Shown here: piece by piece, positions 39,652 through 47,602 of the stretch | Position numbering within the stretch: position 1 is the stretch's first letter | How the letters are laid out: each line of letters starts with the position of its first letter | Virus record (IMG/VR): IMGVR_UViG_3300020042_013559 | Source of the DNA: an uncultured virus (IMG/VR IMGVR_UViG_3300020042_013559) | Taxonomy: Duplodnaviria > Heunggongvirae > Uroviricota > Caudoviricetes | Strand: one strand, 5' to 3' | DNA: 60,463 nucleotides | Notes under the pieces: model-generated | The model's input: only the letters and a program-made list of their open reading frames with translations | Told to the model about the DNA's origin: nothing | Databases searched by the model: none | Translations under genes and position numbers: made by a program

Positions 39652-39890
39652 GATACATTAAAAGAAAAAGTTTGGCTAAGTGAGGGTAAATTGAAAATAT
39701 AACCTTTTTGTTTGCCGGATGTGCCTTGCAAAATAATGGTGGCTTTGTTTCCAACCACCACCGGACTGGAAGATATTCTACCGCTTAATTTCAAGCTACG
39801 TTTGATTTCCCCAGTGCTGGCATCAATGCATTTGATGGTATTAAGACCAGTTGCTATAACAGAATACATTTTTTTGTTCTTATCTTGCAT
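39648..39890 (-). CDS. Small late protein with a PQQ-repeat-like beta motif
   Basis: IKCIDASTGEIKRS...GRISSSPVVVGN; TAAATA 6 nt upstream. Confidence 0.6.
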   Translation of the reverse strand: MQDKNKKMYSVIATGLNTIKCIDASTGEIKRSLKLSGRISSSPVVVGNKATIILQGTSGKQKGYIFNLPSLSQTFSFNVS

Positions 39891-39896
39891 ATATCT

Positions 39897-39951
39897 TATT
39901 TATCATAAATATTTTTGAAATAATTGTATAAATTAATATTATATATAAATA
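39897..39951. promoter_or_regulatory. Divergent late promoters
   Basis: TAAATA on - at 39897-39902 (6 nt before ATG 39890) and TATAAATA on + at 39944-39951 (6 nt before ATG 39958). Confidence 0.75.
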
Positions 39952-39957
39952 ATAGAA

Positions 39958-41115
39958 ATGGCTGTTGAAATTAGAAAAATAATACTTCGGCAAGGTACTG
40001 AGGCTGAACGAAAACAGATAACATTAGATTCAGGCGAGCCTGGTTTTTGCACAGACAGCAACCGTCTTTACATAGGCAACGGAACAGGTGGGGGTGTGCC
40101 TGTGGGCACAAATAATCTGGGATTCGTAACATTTACAGGAAATGATACCAACATTTCATCATCACTAGCCCCTGTTAGCGGTGATTTTGTTTTTGATACA
40201 GCTTCCAATTTGACATACATGTTGACAGGAACAAATTTTGCAAAAACCAGTGCTTTTGCAGCTTTTGGAAGTCAATTCACAGTGGACAATAATACAATTG
40301 TTTTGCAATCAAATAAAGCAACAGTTGCTGATGACAGTCTATTTCCTGTAAAATTAAGAGCATCTTCGATTGGTGCTGGTCTAGAACGAGTCAGTTTCAA
40401 TACTGTTTTAAAAACAAAAGTCGGCAGCAGCATCACTTATGATGCAGGTGGAAATATGATTGTTGCAAACAATAGCTTGGCCAATGCAACTTTTGTAAAT
40501 GCACCGGCCAATACTGTTAAGGGTCGTTTGAACAGCGTGGGTCCTGTTCAGGATCTTACATTAAGTGATTTGGCTACTCTTTTAACAGGTATTTTCACAA
40601 CTGTTCCAATCGGAACATTGATTGATTGGGCAGGTGCAAGCACCAGCATACCTGCAACATATCTGGAATGTAATGGCCAAGAAATTTCTCGAACAACATA
40701 CGTAACGCTTTTCAATGTTTTAAGCACAACATGGGGAGCTGGAAATGGAACATCAACATTCAATCTTCCAGATCTGCGCAGAAAAGTTACAGCAGGAGCC
40801 GGAGGTTCATCCTCTGCCACATTGTTGAACACAGTAGGAAGCACTGGCGGATCTGAAACACATGTTTTGTCAGCCAATGAAGGAAAATGTGAATTTGGTG
40901 TCAGCGCAACTTTCCAACAGGTTCAAGCAGGAAGCACATCTTCCGGATTCCTGGGTGGTTTGACGATTACAAACAAAGGAAATATCGACTTTACAGCAGG
41001 TCCCACTGCGCCTATTGCCACAGTAACAGGAACAGTAGGATCAGCTGAAGCAGATCCTCATAACATAGTGCAACCCACCGCAATTGTTCGAAAACTTATC
41101 AAAGCCACTGCTTGA
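39958..41115 (+). CDS. Short tail fibre with Mtd-N-like N-terminus and phage tail collar domain
   Basis: IILRQGT...LDSGEPGFCTDSNRLYIGNG; VPIGTLIDWAG...YLECNGQEISRTTYVTLF...GNGTSTFNLPDLR; PHNIVQP. Confidence 0.88.
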   Translation: MAVEIRKIILRQGTEAERKQITLDSGEPGFCTDSNRLYIGNGTGGGVPVGTNNLGFVTFTGNDTNISSSLAPVSGDFVFDTASNLTYMLTGTNFAKTSAFAAFGSQFTVDNNTIVLQSNKATVADDSLFPVKLRASSIGAGLERVSFNTVLKTKVGSSITYDAGGNMIVANNSLANATFVNAPANTVKGRLNSVGPVQDLTLSDLATLLTGIFTTVPIGTLIDWAGASTSIPATYLECNGQEISRTTYVTLFNVLSTTWGAGNGTSTFNLPDLRRKVTAGAGGSSSATLLNTVGSTGGSETHVLSANEGKCEFGVSATFQQVQAGSTSSGFLGGLTITNKGNIDFTAGPTAPIATVTGTVGSAEADPHNIVQPTAIVRKLIKATA

Positions 41116-41372
41116 TGAAATTCAACGATACCATCCAAAAGCTTTTGGAAGATTTTAATATATATCCTCAACCAAAAATTCCTGGAACATATCAAGGCAA
41201 AAATATTGATTGGGGTCGGAGTGGAGCCACTCCTTCTGGATTTAAAGGAGACAGTTTCAACACAAGCAGCAGTCAGATAATATTCTCTTTGCCTGTTAAA
41301 AACAAAAAGAAAAAGAAAAAATCACTTAATATTCGTAAAAAACGTGTGTCGACCAATCGTGTTGGTCGCTGA
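41115..41372 (+). CDS. Small protein with basic C-terminus, possible internal head protein
   Basis: ATG at 41115 overlaps upstream TGA; MKFNDTIQKLLE N-terminus; poly-Lys tail. Confidence 0.55.
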   Translation: MKFNDTIQKLLEDFNIYPQPKIPGTYQGKNIDWGRSGATPSGFKGDSFNTSSSQIIFSLPVKNKKKKKKSLNIRKKRVSTNRVGR

Positions 41373-41867
41373 AGCTTCTCTATTTTTACCTCCAAATTTA
41401 GGATTGCTCCATTTTGGTGAAACTTTGCTGGGTCCACTTGTGACATGATAATGAGTTGCTCCTCCTGTCAAATCCTGTAATTTTCCACGCATTCCAACAA
41501 TTGCCAGTTCTTTTGCTTGTGCCCAATATGGATGTTTTGCCGCTTTATTTATAATATCCTGCATTTGCTCTTTTCCGTCATTATATTCATTAAAAAAACT
41601 AAATTGTTTTGGTTTTAAAACAACATTAACTGCACCTCGAAATGGATCACCACCTTTTACCCTGTTCATGATCACATTCATAACTGCTTGCATGCCTTTC
41701 TCACCTTCACCTCCTGCCTCGCCAATAAGGGCAGCTGCCACAATGTCACTGTAATGAATAGGTGCCTTTTGCTGCTGTATATAAGCTGCTGGCGGTGCTG
41801 GTATTGGCGGGGGAGGGGGTAGATCAGCTTCGTTTAAAAGCTCTTTTACACGGTCATTAAACTGCAT
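41322..41867 (-). CDS. Cell wall hydrolase, SleB/Hydrolase_2 family lytic transglycosylase
   Basis: LIGEAGGEGEKGMQAVMNVIMNR, QFSFFN, DLTGGATHYH, IGRHTFF. Confidence 0.9.
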   Translation of the reverse strand: MQFNDRVKELLNEADLPPPPPIPAPPAAYIQQQKAPIHYSDIVAAALIGEAGGEGEKGMQAVMNVIMNRVKGGDPFRGAVNVVLKPKQFSFFNEYNDGKEQMQDIINKAAKHPYWAQAKELAIVGMRGKLQDLTGGATHYHVTSGPSKVSPKWSNPKFGGKNREASATNTIGRHTFFTNIK

Positions 41868-41869
41868 TT

Positions 41870-42355
41870 TTAATATTTATAAACACTGACAGTAACAATT
41901 TTAGGATTATTATATGCAAAAATCATGGCATCGCTCTTTTTTTCAAAAAATACATCTATAACAGGCAATTTTCCACCACTTGCCTTTTTACCTTTGACTG
42001 CTGTTCCTGTGTCATGAGCTACTCTAAGCCCTAAATTTGGTATGTATAAACGCTTAAAAAAGGGTATCAAACGAGGATCTACTGCTACGCTCACACCTTC
42101 TTTTAATGTGGCTCCTGTATAACTTCTTTTCTTTGCACTATCTTTGTCTGTATCGCCTCCTTTTGCCCAATATGTTGTTAATCGTACTTTTACAGTTCTT
42201 TCAACAATCAATTTTTTTACAAAATTATCCATCATTTTATCCATTGTGAAGCAAACAAACTTATCAACTGGATTGGTTGTTGTCTTTTCTTTGCTTTGCA
42301 GAATAATATTATATAATATTCCAGCAATGAGTATCAAATATGCTATTTTCTTCAT
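41870..42355 (-). CDS. Exported or membrane-anchored 3D-domain protein (MltA-like lytic transglycosylase core)
   Basis: N-terminal hydrophobic stretch; LTTY, VAVDPRLIP, AHDTGTAV, VIDVFF give the three aspartates. Confidence 0.85.
   Translation of the reverse strand: MKKIAYLILIAGILYNIILQSKEKTTTNPVDKFVCFTMDKMMDNFVKKLIVERTVKVRLTTYWAKGGDTDKDSAKKRSYTGATLKEGVSVAVDPRLIPFFKRLYIPNLGLRVAHDTGTAVKGKKASGGKLPVIDVFFEKKSDAMIFAYNNPKIVTVSVYKY
41874..41881 (-). promoter_or_regulatory. Late promoter TATAAATA (SleB-like hydrolase)
   Basis: 6 nt before ATG 41867, embedded in the end of the upstream gene. Confidence 0.7.
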
Positions 42356-42948
42356 GTTCGTGTGTCCTCTCTTATAGGATAATAAAAGTCCACTTGTTTA
42401 TAAAGCTTATTGCAAAAAAACATGGGTTTGTCAAGCTTATCTGAAGCTGCATATAATCTATTATTTCTTTTAAAAATAACTTCTATATGTCCAGGTCTGC
42501 CTGAACTTTTTGGTTGATAAACAGCAATGACCAATGTGTTTTCAGGCAAATTTAAAACATCATTTTTGCTTATCTTTTCAAAATCTTTACGACTTTGAAA
42601 CACTGTTTTGTAGTTTTTGGCATAAAGTATCTCGTTGCTGGATGTGGTGATTGGATATGTTTGCCTTCCAGCTCTTCCTTTAACAATTCCACCTTCCCTC
42701 AGATCCAATTGAGGAAAAGCTTTTTCATTGCGTTCATGCAGATTGTCTAAAAGAGCAGTGGTGAATTTGGCGCATACGCCACTGCTATAGTTTCTGGTAA
42801 GTTTATTCACGTCCATCATGAATGTTTTAAATTCATTTGATGTTAGATTTGGCTGCAAACCTTTTTTTGTTGGAATTTGAACTGAAATATCATGAAACCC
42901 ATTTACTAGGCTCAGGGCTAAAGCTGTGGCTAAGATGGTTTTTTTCAT
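42352..42948 (-). CDS. Secreted CHAP/NlpC-P60-like cysteine amidase or peptidase
   Basis: Signal peptide MKKTILATALALSLVNG; SGVCAKFTTALL (Cys) and PGHIEV (His). Confidence 0.65.
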   Translation of the reverse strand: MKKTILATALALSLVNGFHDISVQIPTKKGLQPNLTSNEFKTFMMDVNKLTRNYSSGVCAKFTTALLDNLHERNEKAFPQLDLREGGIVKGRAGRQTYPITTSSNEILYAKNYKTVFQSRKDFEKISKNDVLNLPENTLVIAVYQPKSSGRPGHIEVIFKRNNRLYAASDKLDKPMFFCNKLYKQVDFYYPIREDTRT

Positions 42949-42962
42949 AATAAAGAGATCTG

Positions 42963-42989
42963 ATTATAACAGATCAAAAGGTTTGTAAA
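42963..42989 (-). promoter_or_regulatory. Sigma70-like promoter for the exported hydrolases
   Basis: TTTACA-N15-TATAAT with TG extension. Confidence 0.65.
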
Positions 42990-43049
42990 GAATATCTTTA
43001 CAAAATAAAATTTTTTTTGTTAATAATATTTATCTTTAGCAAACAAATC

Positions 43050-43583
43050 TCAAGCAGTTTTAAGAAGATTTTGAATATAATTGCGTAGATTGTTATTTCT
43101 ATTGGTCCAACCTTTGAGAAATACTGCCAATTTTGGACGATTTTCTGCCAAATTATTATAAAAAGTCTGGCGTTGATCAATTATGCCATATGCAACATCA
43201 ACAGAATCTTTTTTACTCAACAGACTGCGTGTATAAGGACCAACAATACCATCAGCAGTTGCACCCACCACACGTTGCAGAAACTTATTGGCCTGCTTTC
43301 TGCCTGTGTTCACAACGCTATCAAAAAAGCTAATGTATGCAGGATAAGGTATCAGATAAGCACTGCTTTTCAGCCAATAATCTTGCCAGAAAATTTCATC
43401 TGCCTGTTCCCTTGTTAAATTTTTTATGTCTAGCAACGGATAATCACGTTTGGTAATTCCGAATTGGGTTTCTCCCCCAGGATCCGCAACGTGATTATAA
43501 TATCCGCCTTCAGCTTCCCGCACAAACTTCATGGCCGTTTCAAACTCTGAACTTTTGTCCGGAGTTATTTTAAAATCGTTCAT
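43050..43583 (-). CDS. Endolysin, glycoside hydrolase family 108 with PG-binding domain
   Basis: EGGYYNHVADPGGETQFGIT, FDSVVNTG, LQRVVGATADGIVGP, FLKGWTNR. Confidence 0.93.
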   Translation of the reverse strand: MNDFKITPDKSSEFETAMKFVREAEGGYYNHVADPGGETQFGITKRDYPLLDIKNLTREQADEIFWQDYWLKSSAYLIPYPAYISFFDSVVNTGRKQANKFLQRVVGATADGIVGPYTRSLLSKKDSVDVAYGIIDQRQTFYNNLAENRPKLAVFLKGWTNRNNNLRNYIQNLLKTA

Positions 43584-43840
43584 AAATCAAGAGTATCTAG
43601 TATTTCTTTAATCTTTTTCAATGCCTGCCGCAGCTTGATTTCTTTTCCGTCCTTCTCACCTTCTTCATTTTCACCAACACGATAGTCGTTGGGAGTATAA
43701 AAATTCTGACTAACACCGCTATCCCGATTGATTCCTGGGCTGATTTTGCTGGCATCTGGAGCACTCATGATGCCAGTGTTGACCACTTGGCTTTCATAAA
43801 TCTCTTTTATGTCCATATCTTTTTGATAGCTTTTTCTCAT
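43580..43840 (-). CDS. Hypothetical late protein, possible internal head protein
   Basis: 86 aa; TAAATA 9 nt upstream; KDMDIKEIYE N-terminus. Confidence 0.6.
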   Translation of the reverse strand: MRKSYQKDMDIKEIYESQVVNTGIMSAPDASKISPGINRDSGVSQNFYTPNDYRVGENEEGEKDGKEIKLRQALKKIKEILDTLDL

Positions 43841-44037
43841 CAGTTATAATATTTATCAAAATCCTTTGGTATGATCAGATATTGATTGAGTTTTTTTGAA
43901 AATAATTCAAGCTTTAGCTTCATTTCTTTTTTCTTTTCAACGTTTTTTTCTTTTTTAAATTTTTCGTATATGTCCAATATGAAATCAGCAGTGATTTTTT
44001 GTTTTACAATACCCTCTACCTTTTCTTCCCTTTGCAT
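43840..44037 (-). CDS. Hypothetical small late protein
   Basis: 65 aa; TAAATA 5 nt upstream. Confidence 0.55.
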   Translation of the reverse strand: MQREEKVEGIVKQKITADFILDIYEKFKKEKNVEKKKEMKLKLELFSKKLNQYLIIPKDFDKYYN

Positions 44038-44038
44038 G

Positions 44039-44048
44039 TAAATATTTA
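44039..44048. promoter_or_regulatory. Palindromic bidirectional late promoter TAAATATTTA
   Basis: TAAATA on both strands between divergent starts at 44037 and 44056. Confidence 0.65.
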
Positions 44049-44055
44049 ACTAGGC

Positions 44056-44268
44056 GTGAATAATAAAAGAAAACGCATGTATCAAGATATTAAAAAATAT
44101 CCATATTTTTATAAAATATGTGAAGCTTGTGACAATATGAATCCAAAAGAATCACCATTCTGCATGTATTGCAGCAATTATAGATTCGAGGACAATATAA
44201 ACAAAGTCAGCAAACGTGCAGATGAACTATTGACACTAGAAGACGATCCTTTACAATTCGAAACGTGA
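44056..44268 (+). CDS. Small zinc-ribbon protein
   Basis: CEACD...CMYC; GTG start. Confidence 0.65.
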   Translation: MNNKRKRMYQDIKKYPYFYKICEACDNMNPKESPFCMYCSNYRFEDNINKVSKRADELLTLEDDPLQFET

Positions 44269-44393
44269 GCAAACTGAACACAGTTCAAAATGGTAAAGGA
44301 AGCAAACCTCGCAATATTAGCGAGAAGTTTCGGCAAAATTATGAAAAAATCCGTTGGGATGGAACCAAACGGAAAAAGACCAAATCAGTTTGA
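44265..44393 (+). CDS. Small basic phage protein (not in the ORF track)
   Basis: 42 aa MSKLNTVQNGKGSKPRNISEKFRQNYEKIRWDGTKRKKTKSV; GTGA overlap with upstream stop; fills the intergenic gap. Confidence 0.6.
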   Translation: MSKLNTVQNGKGSKPRNISEKFRQNYEKIRWDGTKRKKTKSV

Positions 44394-44630
44394 TGCCTGT
44401 TGCTGACGAGCCCGATCATTCAACTCTTTGTTGAGGCGAATGACCCTGTTAGGAATCACATCAATCTTGTTCATCACACTTCCACCACTGATAATGGTGG
44501 TAGGAACAATGGTCAGATCATTCAGCTTGAGCAAAGCATCCAGCTTTGTCAACACCTCTTGAATCTTTTCCTGTTCATCATTTGTGGGTTCGAACTGTTT
44601 TGGGTCAATATCAGAAGGTAGTTTATTCAT
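44385..44630 (-). CDS. Hypothetical protein
   Basis: 81-aa ORF at the end of the glycosyltransferase operon. Confidence 0.6.
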   Translation of the reverse strand: MNKLPSDIDPKQFEPTNDEQEKIQEVLTKLDALLKLNDLTIVPTTIISGGSVMNKIDVIPNRVIRLNKELNDRARQQQASN

Positions 44631-44638
44631 GTATAGAT

Positions 44639-45301
44639 TTATTTTCTTGTTTGGTTTGTCAAGCTATCATAATAGCTTTTTTTCACAAAAGTAAGATCGC
44701 CACCATCCTTGAAACTGCTGGCACTGTCAAAAAGAAGAGCAAATCCGCTTTTTTCCAAAAAATCAACGTATTCAGGCGTGAGCATGTTTCCTTCATAACT
44801 TTCAGTATTGTGTGTTTCAGTGTGAATAAAATTGGCCATTTTTAAAACATTTGGACTATCTTTCAAAACAATCGGTTCATAACCTTGCATGTCCAGCCAC
44901 ATATAATCAATTTTATTTATATTTTCATTTTTTACAAAATCATCCAATCTTACAGTTTTTACATTTATTTTTTCATCAAAAGTTATTCTTTGGTAATATT
45001 CCAAATGCAGCTTGGGATTCAAAAGACTGCTGCTGCCACAATTTTTGCCATATTCAAACGCCACATGCATCTGCTGTTCACCATTATTATCAGACAATGC
45101 CATATTATATAATTTTACGTTCTTTTTGTTTTTAATTTTTCTTAAAGTCTTTTCATAAAGAGCAGGTACTGGTTCAAAGCTGTATATCATGCCGTTGGGA
45201 AACATGTTGCTCATCATTACCGTATCCTCTCCATCACAAGATCCTGCCTCAATGATCACAGGATCTTTGAGATATTTGTACATGAACTGATGTGGTGTCA
45301 T
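44639..45301 (-). CDS. FkbM family SAM-dependent methyltransferase
   Basis: IIEAGSCDGED, YSFEPVP, NMALSD, GSSSLL, LDDF, WLDMQGYE. Confidence 0.92.
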   Translation of the reverse strand: MTPHQFMYKYLKDPVIIEAGSCDGEDTVMMSNMFPNGMIYSFEPVPALYEKTLRKIKNKKNVKLYNMALSDNNGEQQMHVAFEYGKNCGSSSLLNPKLHLEYYQRITFDEKINVKTVRLDDFVKNENINKIDYMWLDMQGYEPIVLKDSPNVLKMANFIHTETHNTESYEGNMLTPEYVDFLEKSGFALLFDSASSFKDGGDLTFVKKSYYDSLTNQTRK

Positions 45302-46680
45302 TTTTTTAACATTTTAAGCCAAAGATTAAAATTACCATTCCACTTTTTGGTTCCCACATGCGAACAGGTCATTTCATCATCCAGATATATTTTCTCGCCA
45401 CTATCCTGCCATTTTTTGCAAAAATAAACATCTTCACTATAAAAGTTGCCATCCACTATTTTTGTTTCAAAAACATTACGATTATCCTTGTCTTTTTCAC
45501 TATCATATTTTTCGCTCATGTTCCACATTTTATCAATAGCACGGCGGCTCAAACGCATGAATCCGGTTCCAATGCTGTCCACTTCAAGCAGTCCAGTATT
45601 TTTATCCCGGGGAATGGGCCATTTCAAGCATTTTATATTATAACTTTCAGCATCTCCTTTTTTGACCACAGGACAACCTGCAAAATCAACAGGATGCATC
45701 AACAATCGAAGAAACTGTTCAGGTTGCCATTCCTGATCGCTATCCACAAAAACCAGATCATCAATATGGCTCATGTATGCTGTTTTAAAAATATCGTTCC
45801 TGGATATTTGCAATAAACTTTCATAACAGATGTGAAAAGGCAAAACTTCAATACCATTTTGAGCACACAATTTGATGGTATTGATAACCGAGTGCAGGTA
45901 CACAACTTCCACTTTTCCGTCATGACTGGGAGTTCCCAGCATCACCCGACGGGGTCTGTTTTGATCAGATTGTGCTGGAGCAGATTGTTGCGGATTATCA
46001 AAAATCTCTACATATTTTTCCCAATGTGTTGCTTTTAAATTGTTGATGGCATCCTTATGCATTTGTTCATAATTTTCAGTGTTGGTTTGTTCACCCACAT
46101 GATGCACATATGCACGAGAAGCAAATAATTTATATCCATGATTCAGCATTTCTGAACATATGATATTGTCGCTGTACCAGTTAGTAGGAGGAAAACCTTT
46201 TGTTTTTTGAAAAGCTTCCCGGTCTATAAGAAGAAAAGCTGGACCAATCACTTCCACTGGTTTAACAGAATATTCACTGTTCCATTTTAGATTTTTTATA
46301 AAATCATTTGGAGCAGGAAATCTAATGTTATAAGAAGGCAAACAATAATCAGATCGGGCTCCCAGCATTCCCACATTCTCTTTTTTAAGACTGAACCAAT
46401 CTTCTGTTAATAATTTGAAACAATCAGGAGTCAAAACCACATCATCATTGACCAATATGGCTTTGTTATATTTTTCAAAAACACTGTTTAATATCAGATT
46501 GAATGATTCGCCTGCATTTTTTCCAGTGTTGGGAATGATTTGTTTGATCAGTTTTGAATCATATTTTTCATTGCTGCAAAGATATACTTCAGCGTTGGGA
46601 ACATACTTTTCAACACTTTTCAAAAAAACCTCAAAATGAGGTTTGATTTTTGTAACACAAACAGCAATAGGAATGTTCAT
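45298..46680 (-). CDS. Two-domain glycosyltransferase (two fused GT-A/GT2-like domains)
   Basis: Domain 1: LVNDDVV...YSDNIIC...VHHVG; domain 2: VMLGTP...SRN...FVDSDQ...IGTGFM...SEDVYFC...CSHVG. Confidence 0.88.
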   Translation of the reverse strand: MNIPIAVCVTKIKPHFEVFLKSVEKYVPNAEVYLCSNEKYDSKLIKQIIPNTGKNAGESFNLILNSVFEKYNKAILVNDDVVLTPDCFKLLTEDWFSLKKENVGMLGARSDYCLPSYNIRFPAPNDFIKNLKWNSEYSVKPVEVIGPAFLLIDREAFQKTKGFPPTNWYSDNIICSEMLNHGYKLFASRAYVHHVGEQTNTENYEQMHKDAINNLKATHWEKYVEIFDNPQQSAPAQSDQNRPRRVMLGTPSHDGKVEVVYLHSVINTIKLCAQNGIEVLPFHICYESLLQISRNDIFKTAYMSHIDDLVFVDSDQEWQPEQFLRLLMHPVDFAGCPVVKKGDAESYNIKCLKWPIPRDKNTGLLEVDSIGTGFMRLSRRAIDKMWNMSEKYDSEKDKDNRNVFETKIVDGNFYSEDVYFCKKWQDSGEKIYLDDEMTCSHVGTKKWNGNFNLWLKMLKK

Positions 46681-47567
46681 GAAAGCTTTTCTAAATGATG
46701 AATAATTTCATCTGCATTAAACAATTTTTCAGTGTTGTAATTGCTGGGACAAGCATAATTGGGTCCTTGCAAACCAAAGCTGTCCAGATAACCTTCATAA
46801 TTGCTTTCACTAAACAGATCTAGTTTTGTGGTGATGTTGTCGTGCAAATCATAACCAAAAACCTTGGGAGTATTGCCCACCCAACAAACCACACTGGGCG
46901 TGTCCATGGCTGCAGATGCATGCTGGGCAAATGAATCAATAAACAAACGTTTTTGTGTTAACGGAATCAATCCGAATATGTTGCGCAAACTGAGTGCAGG
47001 ATCAATGGTGTTGGGCAATGAAAATTGTTCTTTGTATTTCAAATGAAAAATAGCATATCTTTTGTGAAAATGATTCACAATCTTTTCTGCCAAGTTGTGA
47101 GGCAAATCCCGGAACCATGAAAAAGGAAATTGATTGTTTTGCACAGCTCCTCCGCATGTTTGCAAAAGCATGATGGGACGACCCACATTTTTAACGTACA
47201 TGTATATCTCTTCCCGTTCCAACGTGGTCAAATATATGCGAGGACTGGTGGCAATATAAGGAATATCAAACATTTCACACCAAACCTGAGAAAGAAACAT
47301 ATTTTTTTTAAAATATCTGCCGTTGCTGTAAGGTTCATCTTTTAATACAAGTGTGTCCTTGTCTTTGATAAAATCATCATGAAAATAAGGAGTGTTTCCT
47401 ATCCTATAAAATCTATGAATATGTGGATTATGCAACCAAACATCTGGCCATGAAGCAATTACAATAAGTTTACTATCGGGATATTTTAATTTTATATTTT
47501 CTGCAACAACAGTGGCTTGTATATTTTTTCCAATACCACCCTCCACATGAAAAACGATATATTCCAT
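46677..47567 (-). CDS. GT-B glycosyltransferase, GT9/heptosyltransferase-like
   Basis: GGIGKNI, IKLKYPDSKLIV, FIDSFAQHASAAMDTPSVVCW, FGYDLHDNI. Confidence 0.8.
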   Translation of the reverse strand: MEYIVFHVEGGIGKNIQATVVAENIKLKYPDSKLIVIASWPDVWLHNPHIHRFYRIGNTPYFHDDFIKDKDTLVLKDEPYSNGRYFKKNMFLSQVWCEMFDIPYIATSPRIYLTTLEREEIYMYVKNVGRPIMLLQTCGGAVQNNQFPFSWFRDLPHNLAEKIVNHFHKRYAIFHLKYKEQFSLPNTIDPALSLRNIFGLIPLTQKRLFIDSFAQHASAAMDTPSVVCWVGNTPKVFGYDLHDNITTKLDLFSESNYEGYLDSFGLQGPNYACPSNYNTEKLFNADEIIHHLEKLS

Positions 47568-47572
47568 TCCTT

Positions 47573-47599
47573 ATTTTACAAAGGAAAATGAAAAGTAAA
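47573..47599 (-). promoter_or_regulatory. Sigma70-like promoter for the glycosyltransferase operon
   Basis: TTTACT-N15-TAAAAT, 5 nt before ATG 47567. Confidence 0.6.
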
Positions 47600-47602
47600 G
47601 GG

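Noticed and set aside
39958..41115. Diversity-generating retroelement suggested by the Mtd-like N-terminus
   Set aside because: No reverse transcriptase and no template/variable repeat pair differing at adenines seen in the window
44639..47567. Host LPS/capsule operon, implying a prophage boundary or chimeric assembly
   Set aside because: Flanked on both sides by phage genes with the same composition and promoter style; no flippase, polymerase or other host genes
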